Origin: Selaginella moellendorffii
Lineage: Eukaryota > Plantae > Lycopodiophyta
DNA: 64,000 nucleotides
Direction of reading: 5' to 3'
NCBI RefSeq assembly: GCF_000143415.4
Contig: NW_003314351.1
Location: 566,964-630,963 of the forward strand
Part shown: piece by piece, positions 1 to 11,935 of the stretch
Position numbering within the stretch: position 1 is the first letter of the stretch
Layout: each line of letters opens with the position of its first letter
Position numbers and translations under genes: made by a program
The notes under the pieces: model-generated
Database searches by the model: none
The model's input: only the letters and a program-made list of their open reading frames with translations
What the model was told of the DNA's origin: nothing

Positions 1-790
1 ATGGGGAATAGCCTTCCCCGACAACTCTTTTCCAGTCCCCACCAAGTCCCTTTTTGTCCATGGCCGTGTTTGCCAACACTGCCACTAGATCAAGGCTCGT
101 AGGCCTGACCTCTAAGTCCCACTATCCTCTTCCCTTTCACCGTTTGGGACTTTGGGACCACATTTCGGAACACTGTGGCATTACACAAGCCTCATGGGTA
201 CTCTCCCCACCTTTTGCCTTTAGGTGCTCTAGCCATGAGCTTAGAACGAGGTTCTGTTGAGCCACGTCAGGTATCCAAGTAGGTAGTGCCACCCACACTT
301 GGACTGGGAGCATCGGCCAGTCGATCTCCCGGGGGAACTAGAGCCGGCTTTTGAACACTTCACCAAACTACCCCACTTGTTGGTCCGTGTTCACTCTAGT
401 CATGGATTTCCTAGTGGGCAGCTCATCACCCAACACTAGGTACAGCCTTCTTGGGCCAAACTGGCCTTTCCTGGCCAAACTGGCTCCACTGCAGTCCTCC
501 CCCTCACTATACTTTTGGAGCTCACCAAACCCCCTAGGGTCTGGGAGACGAATGCTTTGGGCTTTAACCCTCTCAGACTCGAACTCGGACTTGGACTCGG
601 ACTCAGACTCGGACTCGGGCTCAGGCTCTGTCTCGGCCTCGGACTCGGTCTCTGTCACGGCCTCGGACTCGGTCTTGGCCTCGGCCTCGGCCTCGGTCTT
701 GGTCTCGGTCTCGGTCCCGATCTCGGTCTCGGTCTCGGTCCCGGTCTCGACTTTGGACTCATCCTCGGGTCCATCTCGGACTCCATCTCG
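1..790 (-). mobile_element. Family-A LTR, partial (3' LTR of a minus-strand element; starts before the window and is truncated within its tandem repeat)
   Basis: Colinear with the family-A LTRs at 46963-49150 and 54550-56022. It breaks off at ~790 into family-A internal sequence. Confidence 0.8.
575..790. repeat. GACTCG/GTCTCG hexamer and CTCGGACTCCAT 12-mer tandem array inside the family-A LTR
   Basis: Directly visible. It generates the low-complexity SD/ET/LG ORFs at 351-815. Confidence 0.9.
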
Positions 791-3700
791 TCTTGACCAA
801 GCCACACCATCTTAAACAGTTCAAATCAACATTTTGAACCAGGAACTTCATTCCTTAGCCAACCAAGGACCTTGTCCTTATTTGGCCATAAGATCACCTA
901 GTGATCTCACCTTGGCACCTTAACAGAGTTGCCAAGAGGTACTTGGTCTTCTAGACCTTCAAGATGTTGACCATAACCCCGGGGGCATCCCCCACACTTA
1001 GCGGTGCACGCAAGCCAGCCCTTACGGCCAAGGGTTCATAGCAACTGAGATTAGGTGTCCCAATCTCACTCACCATGTCCCAAGTGCCACTTGCACCAAA
1101 GCGTTCAAGTTAGATATGACAAGCTTTCACACTAAGCAATCTAACCGTGCATCATGACTCCGAGGCATCCCTCGCTTGGTAGTATGCCCAAACCAGTCTC
1201 CCTATTGAGAGTCCATGATCACCGAAATATGAGTGTCCTCATATTCCAAACCATCACCACTCTCTAGTGATTTGGGACTCAAACCCAAGCACTAGAGGGT
1301 CGGGACTTGAACCCTACCTCCGTATATGCATCTACGGACGGCATCACACAAGATTCCTAGCATGACTCCCCACGCCAGTGCACCAACTTGTATTTAAAGC
1401 GCACTACAGATCACATTTTAGAAACCTAGTTCCTTCGCACTGCCAAATCCTCTCACTTGACAAGCCTGTGATCATGCATGGACTCCTCCATACTCGGCCC
1501 CATGGGCCACCCCTTTGAAGCTGGCTCCTTCAACTAGGGTATTCGTTCCCCTCATGACTTGCCAATCTCACTTAGCAAGTCATCCGGCCACCATAACATG
1601 GTTCATGCATAAGCGTGAAAGTCCTTAACCATCGACTTTCGTTCAAAGCCCTCTCTTTGAACACTCGGGAACTACTTCCCTAACCTTGATAGCTTCGCCT
1701 CTCGGCAAACTTCAAGACCACGCTTCTGCTGCGCCACTTTGATTTCACGCACTCTATAAACCATTTACACTTGGACGTCTAGGTACTTATCTACCTAGGA
1801 GGAACGTTTAAGGAACTATATTCCTTAGCTTGCTAAGGTCTCTCCTTTCACAAGCTTTCCAATTGCCATATAGTCTAATATGGACAATCCCATGTTTTAG
1901 ACTCTCCATGGCATCCTAGTCGTTAGTAACAACATGCTTGAGCACCCACTTGATTCTCCACTCCCAACTTGCATAACCACCCTTGGTCATGTCTGTCAAT
2001 TCCTATGGTTCGGTTCTATCCCTTTACTACTTGCCTTTTGGCCTCGTACATTTTCTTTGGTCATTCTCCTCCAAACTAGGAAGATAGCTTCGCGCTTTCT
2101 ACCATGCCTTGACAAGTATTCATAGGGATGAACCTATCCGACAGCCTAGGGAGTGGTTCCTCAATTTGGGTATACTCACCTTGTAATCCCACACACTGGG
2201 ATTACCATTGCTACTTATGGGCATTTATATGCCCATCACTAGCCTTGCCAAAATCCCTCTTTGGCTTTGTCCAATTTGGGTAGACGGACTTCTCCCGTCT
2301 CCACAACCTTAGACATTTAGATAACTCCTTCTATCTTTCATTAGCTAGGGACTTTTGTCCCTTGGGAATTATCCATTGCCCTTATGACACCAAACACCAC
2401 CTTCTGGTGTTCTAGAGTGCTTGGGTGTCCCAATGATGGCCTCTTTGGCAATGAGCATTCCCTTTATGACATTGACCTACTATTTTGTAGCATAAGCAAT
2501 TTATCCCTCATAAGGGTACATCTAACTTCTTTATCCCAATAAGAAGTCTTAAGTAGTTGCCTTTTACCAATTTAACGAATTATTTTGCACCTTTTGCTTA
2601 GTTGCCTCATAATTGTCAAGTCCTACAACTCATTACTGGTGCTTCCACACCTCCATCATTATCTGGGTCACCACACTCTAACCACATGCCTTCTAGTTTA
2701 GGCTATGCCATTCCCATTTCCATTGGGATTCCTTTGGACGGGGTTCTCATAAACTCACCAACTTGACCTCAAGGCAGCACGCCTTGGCACATTCGATGTC
2801 TCCACACCATTGGCTCCATGAGCCTACTTTTATGACACTTTTTACTTGTGTCTAGGTCTTTTTGCCAAGACCAATATGGTTGTCTCTTATGCCAATTATC
2901 CATTAGCACTACACTATAAAGTTCACGCACAACTTTGTGTCAAAGTTGTTTTCTTCTGGGAAACTCTTTAACAAGACTTTATCATGGCACCTTCTGCCAT
3001 CAATGAGATACACATTGTTCTCATGCTTGGATCTCAAGATCCTCCCCATCCTTCGTGGGGCACCACACACCTCAGTCCAAATGCTTCCATCAATTCCTTA
3101 GAATTATTTCTTGACTATATTAAAGTCATCAGACTTTTTGGACTTTGCTAATCCAACGACCCATGAGGTCCTCCTTTTGAGGTGCTAGCTGACTGAAATA
3201 TAACTCCTTGTATTCATGTCCTACTCACAAGGACCATCTTTGCAAGTGTTACTCCGACACTTGATTTGTTCTCTAGAGGCAACCTTTTGCCCCTTATGAC
3301 CACTTGTCCATGTGATGAGAATACCAACTCATCCTCTAAGTACACCCCCAACTCCTTGGGTTGTTCCAACATTTATTAAACGTAGCCCTGGCTACCATTT
3401 CAAGGACTTCTGTCCTCTTCTGTATTTGACCTCCCACGGTCATCAATTCCGGTCTCAAATTCATGAGCACCAGCCTCAATTATATGAGGGTAATCTTGTG
3501 ACTCCATTATCGTCTTGGAGTTTGCTTCTTTCCCGTGATCCCAACTATAGTTGTTTGCCACAACTAGATTAGCCCGTTTGCTGCATCAAATGCTCATCTG
3601 GATCATATCATCAACTTTCTGAGGAAACCTTTATACTGTTCCCAAGATCCCAAAGTCGTTCCCTTACTGGCCTTTTCCATCCACCACATTGCGCACAAGT

Positions 3701-3851
3701 TCACGCATGAACTTGAGTGGAGAGCCATGTCCTCTCGACATGCTACTCCTCGAGGATAGGTCCATACCTAGGACTTTCCAATTCCAATACAAGTTGTGAT
3801 ATACTTGGCCACCAATAAGAGTTAGACTAAGGAACAACTCCGATACCAAGT
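791..3851 (-). mobile_element. Family-A internal region (non-coding or decayed gag-like; LARD-like)
   Basis: Colinear with 44330-46962. No long ORF. Ends in a PBS next to the LTR. Confidence 0.75.
3838..3848 (-). promoter_or_regulatory. Primer-binding site (initiator Met-tRNA)
   Basis: CTCCGATACCA (TGGTATCGGAG on the minus strand), 3 nt from the LTR edge. Confidence 0.85.
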
Positions 3852-4366
3852 TGTAAGCAACTAATTTTTCCATTTTACTTTAGTCACTTAACCACACCTT
3901 CGACCACTTGGAGGAGTCTCATTCACAACCTCCATAAGTCCCAGTTACGACTCGGGGCTTGCTAGCCCCGAGAATGGCATCCATGCCACTCCACCTTTGC
4001 ACTTGGTCCAAGTGCTCCACGTGTCCGATCCCATGACCGGCACCCCAAGGTACCACCAACATATCGGCCCGTTACGCTAAGGCCATGCCCATTCACCTTG
4101 GTCACACCAGTGGTGTAATGCCACTTGCATCATAATCCCGTCCCTCAAAGACTGGGCCATCCGTCTGTGAGTGATCATGCCCTACCTATTGCTCGCTTCG
4201 TGCTCGTTCCTCGAGCACTTTGTTGGGAGTTCCACTCCCACTCTCGACCTTTTCAAGTCGGAGCTTTTAGTCCAAACGTGTTACGCTCGTTTGGCTTTCG
4301 CTTTGGCCACTACCACATGGCACCCTTTCGGCTCCATTTTGGGGCCTAGGGATTTTGTGTCTCACA
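3852..4366 (-). mobile_element. Family-A 5' LTR with internal deletion
   Basis: TGTAAGC...GTGTCTCACA termini match the other family-A LTRs. The middle, including the tandem array, is missing. Confidence 0.85.
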
Positions 4367-4589
4367 CCACCTTACATTCCTGGAATTGGCGATGCTCATT
4401 AGCAAACTTTTCCACTCTATCCTAAGCTGCATGCAAATTCTTTTTGCACACCACCAGAATCTCATCAAGTTCTGTGGCCAAATCAGTCACCTCAGAATCA
4501 AGCTTATCTTGAACGTCCTTACTCAAATGCAATCCCAAATCCACTACTGTTCAGGGATGCCTTCTAAATATGGCAAAGTAAGGACTTAG

Positions 4590-6925
4590 CTTGGTCCACT
4601 ATGTTGGCTATTGTTGTAAGCAAATTGCATTAGCAGAAGATATAGATCCCACTGTCCTTTCCTTTGACTAATGCTACAACATAGCATATCCTCCACCTCC
4701 TAATTCACACGCTCAATTTGCCCATCTGTTTAAGGATAATCTCCACTTGAGAGTTTTAACGTCACTTGCATAGCCTTTGCAAAGCTCTTCCAAAATCCAC
4801 TTATGAACTTTGAATCTAGATCACTAAGGATGTCCTCCAGCAAACCAAAATCAAGAAAAACCTTCTCCAAGTAAACCACAATCAAGTCTGAGGCAATAAC
4901 AATCTTTCGAAAAGCCAACAACCGCACATACTTTGTCAACCGATCCACTATAACCCATACTTGCTCCTTTTGCATCTGTGTTTGTGGCAAACAAGTGATG
5001 AAATTCATAGAGATACTACATCAATGGCTCTGAGGAATAGGTAAAGATTGCAAAAGTCCCCTCGGCTTCTCCCATGGCACCTTAACTTTCTGATAGAGCT
5101 CGTATATACAATACTTGAGGATATCAGCCTTCATATTCCTCCAATAAAAATTATGCTTAATCAACTCATATGTCTTCTTCCCCCCAAAATGACTGGCTTC
5201 TGAACGATCATGATAATGGAATAAAACTTGAGTAATTAACGCATTCACTCGTGGCAAATATACATGGCCATTGTAGTAGAGAATCCCATCCACCAATGAG
5301 AAAGGGGCTTCCATCTGGTCTCGTAAAGAGGCCACCTCAGCATCCTAAGCCTAAGCACGCTCAACCAACTACCCAAACTTGCTGACCAGCTTACTCAAAT
5401 GATGACAAAATCGTGTTTGTAACGTTGTCATATGACGAACATGGGATTAAGCATCTACCACTATATTTGATTTTCCCAAACAATGCTCAATAGGAAACTC
5501 CCCAAACTCCATGAGTTTGACCATCTAACGAGCTTGCCTAGTGTTTAACTCCTTTTGTGTGAAAAGATACACAAGTGGTTTGTGATCTGTCAACACCACA
5601 AACACTGCACCATAAAGATAATGCTGCCACGTCCGCAAAGCATGAACAATAGAGAGTAACTCTTGCTCATATGTGGAATAGCATTGCTCTGTGGAATTCA
5701 AAGTTTGACTCTCATATACAATAGGCTGTCCTTCTTGCATGAGAACTCCTCCCAGTGCATAACCACTTGCATCACATGTCACCTCGTAAGGTTTCGATGG
5801 ATTAGCAATGCGAAACACTGGAGTCTCGCTTAATAATCGTTTTAGTGCCACAAAGTTTTCCTCTTGTGGCTTCTTCCACTCAAATGGCACATTCTTGCAT
5901 AACAACCATGTCAAAGGAATAACCACCTCTACAAACTTATGCTAGAAATGTTAGTAGTAACTAGCCATACCAAGAAAACTGTGCAACTTGGCCACTATAT
6001 TTGGTGTAGGCTAGTTTTCCACCCAACCACCTTCCTTGAATCCATCTTGACACCCTTAGATGTCACAATATGGCCTAGATATTCCACCTCTAACTTTGCA
6101 AACTCACATTTGTTCTTTTTCACATAAAGTTTGTTGTCTTAAAGTAACAAAAGAACCTTGCACAAATGCACCTTATGCTCCTCCATATTCTTGCTGAAAA
6201 TAAGAATATCGTCCAAGAAAATCTGCACAAACTCATGAAGATAATGCCCAAATACCTCCATCATCAACCGAGTAAATGTGGCTGGTGCATTCGTCAAACC
6301 AAATGGCATAATTGTAAACTCAAAATGTCCAAAGCTTGTGTTGAATGCCATCTTGGAGATCGATGCATCATCTATTGCAATCTAATGATATCCACTCCTC
6401 AGATTAATTTTGGTAAACACTCGTGCTTCACCAAGCTTGTTTAGGATATCATCCATATATGGCATCGGCATCTTATCCTTCACTGTCTTCTTGTTCAAGG
6501 CACAATAGTCAATATACATCTGCATTGAACCATCCTTCTTTTTCACAAGCAAGACTAGAGCACCAAATAGAGACTTACTTGGCTGAATAAATCCAAACTC
6601 AAGTAACTCCTTGATTTGTCGTTGAACTTCTTACTCCTCTGTATAACTTAACTGAAATAGACGCTAGTAAATTGGCCATGTCCCCAACTCCAATGTAATC
6701 CCATGCTCCACACCTCGTAATGGAGGCAATCTATGAAGAAGTTCAGATGGAAAAACATTAGAAGACTCATCAAGTACATCCTGTATTGCTGCTTCTCCCC
6801 CACATGTGCCTTGGTCCCCTGAGTCACAAACAAACAGCAAGTAACTTGAAAGTGCTTTTCCATTACAACAACCTCGCTTCAAAGATGTAGCAGAGAGCAT
6901 AGCAACTGGTGGTTGAACTCCCTCT
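4590..6925 (-). pseudogene. Ty3/Gypsy pol (RT, RNase H, integrase) with stops and frameshifts
   Basis: RT: MPFGLTNAPATF...FLDDILIFS. RNase H: VTCDASGYALGGVLMQ...ELLSIVHAL...TDHKPL. Integrase: HFGGKKT...VIVDRLTK...SDLDSKF. Order RT-RH-INT. Confidence 0.95.
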
Positions 6926-6949
6926 AAGCTCTATTTCGTTAAAGTGGGA
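6926..6949 (+). repeat. Left TIR
   Basis: AAGCTCTATTTCGTTAAAGTGGGA, exact reverse complement of 18517-18540. Confidence 0.95.
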
Positions 6950-7584
6950 TTTATTCAGTAAAATGGGACTAGGTACAAATTTTCAAGTATTTGAAAATGA
7001 CGTGAAATTATATGTTTTTTGTCCAGGGGCTAGACATATCTGGGGCATGGTGACTAGCGTGGTGACTTTGTGTCCAGACTGAGTCCATCTGGTTGTATAA
7101 TAAATCTCATTGTCAAGGTGAACAAGTTGAATCTGAAACTAAAGAAGAGCGATGGCATGCGCGCACACACTATTTGTTTGTTCATTGAGCGTGTGGTGAG
7201 CTTTCCAAGATGAACGTCATTCCTATTAGCCAGACATATAACTTAATGGTGAGAACATTTAGATATTATTCAATGTTATCTTTTTCTAACGAATCTAATT
7301 GTGAAGGTGTAGCAAGAGGCATTGCTAGTTTGGAGAAGTCATTAACTCATTTGACCCTTAGTGTATTTTCATGAAACTAAATAACATTCATATTATTAAG
7401 GAATTTCTCTAGTACCTTTTTTTTACGACATAGAGGCTTGCATTTCTTTCAAAGGTGATTTAGTAAAAGGCCTGAGGGCACATGCCATTCTATTTCTCAG
7501 ACCGGTATTAAGATATACTAGTGCAAAGGGAAAAAGGTATTTGGTGATCAAGTAAATGGCATGAGGGCACACGCCATTATAAGC

Positions 7585-7842
7585 CTAAGCGCTAGTGGAC
7601 ACCTCCTTTTTGGTACTCTCAGCGGTACTATCATCCTTCTCCGGGTCAGTTGTTTTGCTTTGGATTGTTGTCTCTGACGTTATTGGGGTGTTCTCAATAG
7701 TTGTTAATGTTGCCGTTTGTTCAGAAAAATGATCACCTGGAGTATAGTACGGGGAGTTTGGAAGACTTATATATTCTACATCTTCACCTATCTCCTTCTC
7801 CGTCTCCTTTTCTGCCTCACTTACAGATTTTGTGCTTGCCAT
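7585..7842 (-). CDS. Small acidic Ser/Thr-rich ORF3 of the transposon (85 aa, MASTKSVSEAEKETEKE...)
   Basis: Open ATG-to-TAG frame in an otherwise AT-rich non-coding region. A palindrome follows 6 nt after the stop. No recognisable domain. Confidence 0.4.
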   Translation of the reverse strand: MASTKSVSEAEKETEKEIGEDVEYISLPNSPYYTPGDHFSEQTATLTTIENTPITSETTIQSKTTDPEKDDSTAESTKKEVSTSA

Positions 7843-8482
7843 GAGAACGCTCTTCACCCTAAAATATGGAGTTCGTTGTGTTATAAAAGGAAACCAACAC
7901 ACACGCTGCAAGGGAATGATGGTACATAAAGCACGTAAGCCCACAATATGGGTTTATGTGCCATTAATATGGGCCACACGCCATATTATTAGATTTATGC
8001 ACGTATGATTGGTAAATGCATATGTCACATCATCTTCGTTTTACCTCACACACTATATCAGGCCTAATGAACCATATCACATGTGCGCACATGCTATATA
8101 TATGGAGAAGTATTATGCAAGGATAGAAAAATTCAATGCATGATTGTGGAGAGCAATGGTATGAAGCCACATGCTAAATAACATTTTAGAGAAAGAATTA
8201 AAATAGAAACATGCAAACAGTACTGAGTGGACCAAGACTTAGAAGTGCACAATTGAATGAGGTATTTCTAATAAATATTTCACTCACCTCATATAGGAAT
8301 GGCTACCACTCTCAAATGGCGTATCGCTTCATGCCATCACCTCGCAATTTGTTATAACAATCCGATGAATTCATATTCGGCTTGTTCACCTTGAACTTTA
8401 AGTAAGATTTGCTAGAACAACTAAGAATTTATACTTGTTATTTGTATCATCTCACCTAGGAATGGCATAAGGCCACATGCCA

Positions 8483-11400
8483 TCACGCCTCCTCTGATTC
8501 AGATTCGGATTGTTCACCTTGAAATAAAATACATTAGAAACTTAGTAAAGGAATATTAATGAATCTCACCTTGAACCCGGGTTATGAATGCTCTTGCTGC
8601 ATCTCTTGCATGGTCTGGCAAGGTGATGGTGGCACTCTGCTTCCGCATCCAACCATGCACAACATTATCCACCGATATGCTCATGCTGGGATCCCTTGGA
8701 TTCAGCACCCATCTATTTTCTAGGCAATCCTTCGTATATCCGGAACTTGGCTTGAACCACTCCACAGTTACATTGAAGGAGTTAGTTTCCGCGTCCTCCT
8801 CTGCATCAGTGATGCAGTGCCCCACCCATATCATTTGTTTTTTATTACTGGGTCTGACAAGCACGACCATTCCTTTGCAGACCTGTATTGGATTGAATGC
8901 TGAATCCGGCTTCTTGTTCCTCGGCCCACAATAGTGATCCTCAACATCATTATCTGTCACTGCATTTCCAGAGGACATTGTTCCGCTAGTATCTGGTGCT
9001 CTGGGTTCTGGCCAAAAGGACTCTTCCAATTCTTCATATACAACTGGCCCATTTTGCATAGTAGATATAATCTTCTCCCAGTATTCAAGCAAAGGCTTGC
9101 ACCTCTTAAAATAGGATTCTCCACCAAACACCAACCCCCTCTTCCAGAAGGCAATATGCTATTTAATCCCGGCCACTATACTTTCCTGGTCTTTGAGTCC
9201 ATCCGGGTGCATCGGCTGTGGGGAACCCTGAGGAATCATAGGTTCCCCAGTTATGGGATCTCTCTTGAAGAGTTCAATGCCGTCCACTGGCAGCCACACT
9301 GTGTCCCATTCTCTCATTTTGTACCTCATCACTGGAGCACCGTCACGCATGCTGAAATGAAACTGAAGAGGCTTGGAGTGGCCAATCAGCGTTTCGGATC
9401 CGTCCCTGATGTAGCCTCTTACAAACCCCTTAAAGTCTGGAACCTCTGTCAGAAGTGCAGCTTCAACAGTGCCTTTGATGCAATTTTGGAATTCATCGTA
9501 GAGTTGTGGGAGGGTGAGGACATTGGATCGCCGGAGGGACTCTGCCAGGTGACTGAACATGGCATCGACGTCTTCATGAGTGTGCCCAACCATGAGAAAG
9601 CCAAGTGTAACCGTTTCAAATATGCCTTTGGCAACAAGCATCGCCAAGTACGCGAAGACGTACATGTTTTTGTTCTCACTGCCAGCATTCTCTGTTTGGA
9701 GCAGAAGATGGGGTGGAAGGCCACATCGGCCGCAAGAACTTCCTTGAGATTCTGCTTCGTTTGGATGAGGCTGTGCATTCACCGGGCGACCAGCCTCGTC
9801 GGAATGGCATGAGGCCTCACGTGATAACCCTACAATCTGATGGCCAACATATTCACTGGGATGGCATGGGGCCCCACGCGATACTACAAGCCTTTGCTCC
9901 TCCTCCAGCTGAACCCTGTATGGGGTTCGATCGACAAGGGCCTTATGCAAGGGTTGGCCGTTCAGCTCAGTCTGCGCACTTTGTAGAGACCTTAAGTGTT
10001 TTGCTAGGGACGCAATCATCATGTTTGCACCCCCACCACCCCATAGAGGTACAAAGAAGTTCCTATAGTTCTGGGCACCATACCCATGAGCGATTATGCC
10101 AAACAGAGACACAGGCAGCTGCATGGATGAAGAGATTGCTTTGGGGGCAGGATTGAGTCGAGGTAAGCACGTCTTTTTCTGGTCCATTTTGTCGTGGATG
10201 ATGCAGAGGTAAGAGTCAGGTCTCTCCATGGAGAGAATCTTGTTATGATAATATGCAGTCCTGCAGCTTCTCTGCTCGATGTTGTGGTCGAGCTGCCTTC
10301 TAACCAACGTCTCTCGCTCTTGAGCGCTGCCAGAATTCTTTGACAAAGCCATTTTGATAGCAGTGCACTCGTCACACTTTGAAAAGCTGGAGTACTTTCC
10401 TATACTCACATCCCTGAACCTGTTGCTCCACAATCTACTAAATCTACATTGGCTCAGCTTCTTGTAGCCATTACTCTGGAGTTCCCGATTCACATCTTCC
10501 AATATGGCCCCCTTGGTATACATGGAAGGGAGAACTCGTTGGGTGTCTCGTGTTCCATCTTCCAAGAGGCGGGTTTTATGTGGTTGCTGCTCGCTACATG
10601 TCTCGACAAACCACTTGAAGATTGCCTCTCCATATACAACATGACCCCTGGTTTTGTGCGTACCGTTGTTCCTATGGACTGCCTGTTGAACCCTTTATTC
10701 CTCGAACTCAGTTTTGATTCTGTAGAATGTGGTTCGAGGGACTCCATAAATGATTCGCCATGCCTTCATGCAGACCAAACCCCTCTGGAAGACCATGCCC
10801 CCCACCTGATGTTCTGAAGCATTAACAGATGAACGTAATGCCTCATACACAAAATTGCGAGCTGCCTTCCAGGACAATGTCTTGTATCTTGCTCTCTCCT
10901 CTTCAATAGCATCCCAATCAGCATGTTGACAGCACCTCCTCTTGCAACAAGCAACTGTCGAGACCATTCGAACCTCCATCGCCATTTTCTGCCTTTTCGG
11001 TTCGTTGCTCAAATCCCTTTGGCTGCGCTTTAGGAAGGTGTACTTTCTTTTCCCATGAAGAGATGTTCTGTCATCAGTTGTAGTGGTGTTTGATTGTGAA
11101 TCCTTCACATTCTCAAACACTAAGTGCCTCAATTTCCACCGCACAATGCTTCCAATAGTCAGACTGTTTTCTTCTGTGTCAACAACCTCTAAAATCGCAA
11201 CTCCAATATCATCCCAGCCCAATTCTTGATTAGCAACCGCATCTCTTGGATCGACAACTGTGGCTAAGCCCTCAGCTACCACCTCCCCCTCGGGGTTGTT
11301 TAGAAACACCTTCGCCTGAATCCATGTAGCACGGTTCTTAAGATCCACGGAGGGAACATGCGTCGCACTTGCGCTATCCCCAACATCTGCTTTCTTCTGA

Positions 11401-11624
11401 AGATTTTTCAAGGCAACAACAACATTTACCCCGACGACCATCTCTCCTCATTCAATAGCGACCACATTCCCATCGAAGACAGTCTCTACTGATACAGCAG
11501 CATTGCCTTCCCCAAGCCTTTGACAGTGTATAACAAAGTTCCGATCCATAGACACAAGGGTCCCTTTTGCAACTCTCTTCCCACCATTCAAAATGTAAAC
11601 CTTTTCCCCAACCCTAAAGGCCAT
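8483..11624 (-). pseudogene. Sola-like DDD transposase (~1029 aa) with three in-frame nonsense mutations
   Basis: One frame runs from the ATG at 11624 through ORFs 10695-11441, 9159-10565 and 8556-9134. Motifs: CCxxxC, VCxKAWxxIYGV, KCDEC, IIHDKMDQKKT, QT(E/D)NAGSENKN, FLMVGHTHEDVDAMFS. Predicted 52-nt GT-AG intron at 8569-8518, then a last exon GEQSESESEEA*. Stops at 11448, 10695 and 9159; the last two are Gln codons in copy 2. Confidence 0.88.
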
Positions 11625-11935
11625 TCTGAAAGTGCAGAAAAGAAGTTAAGACCATACAAAAAATGATTGGAGAATGGCCTAAATCATAACATACCAAACA
11701 ACCTCAATAGCATGAGGCCACATGCCATTATTCAAACATGCTATTGACACCCACGTGAAATTTCGCATTCACAAAATTGGCATGACGCCTCATGCCATCT
11801 TGATATACACACAGCTACAGGCAAGTAAAAACATATATGACAATACGCTAGCCATGAAATTGCAAGGGCCCAAGATGGCATGTGGCTTCATGCCATTTCT
11901 AAATGTGGTCCTAAGCCATTCCATGGTGAACATAC

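Noticed and set aside
3973-3990. AATGGCATCCATGCCACT in family-A LTRs resembling the transposon palindrome
   Set aside because: It lacks the 6-bp spacer and occurs once per LTR, so it is probably coincidental.
4367-4590. Gypsy 3' LTR or PPT
   Set aside because: There is no match to the 19266-19498 LTR. The element appears 3'-truncated and this segment is unassigned.
8934-9812. 292-aa plus-strand ORF (and 61898-62668, 14598-15206)
   Set aside because: Antisense shadows of real coding regions with no recognisable motifs.
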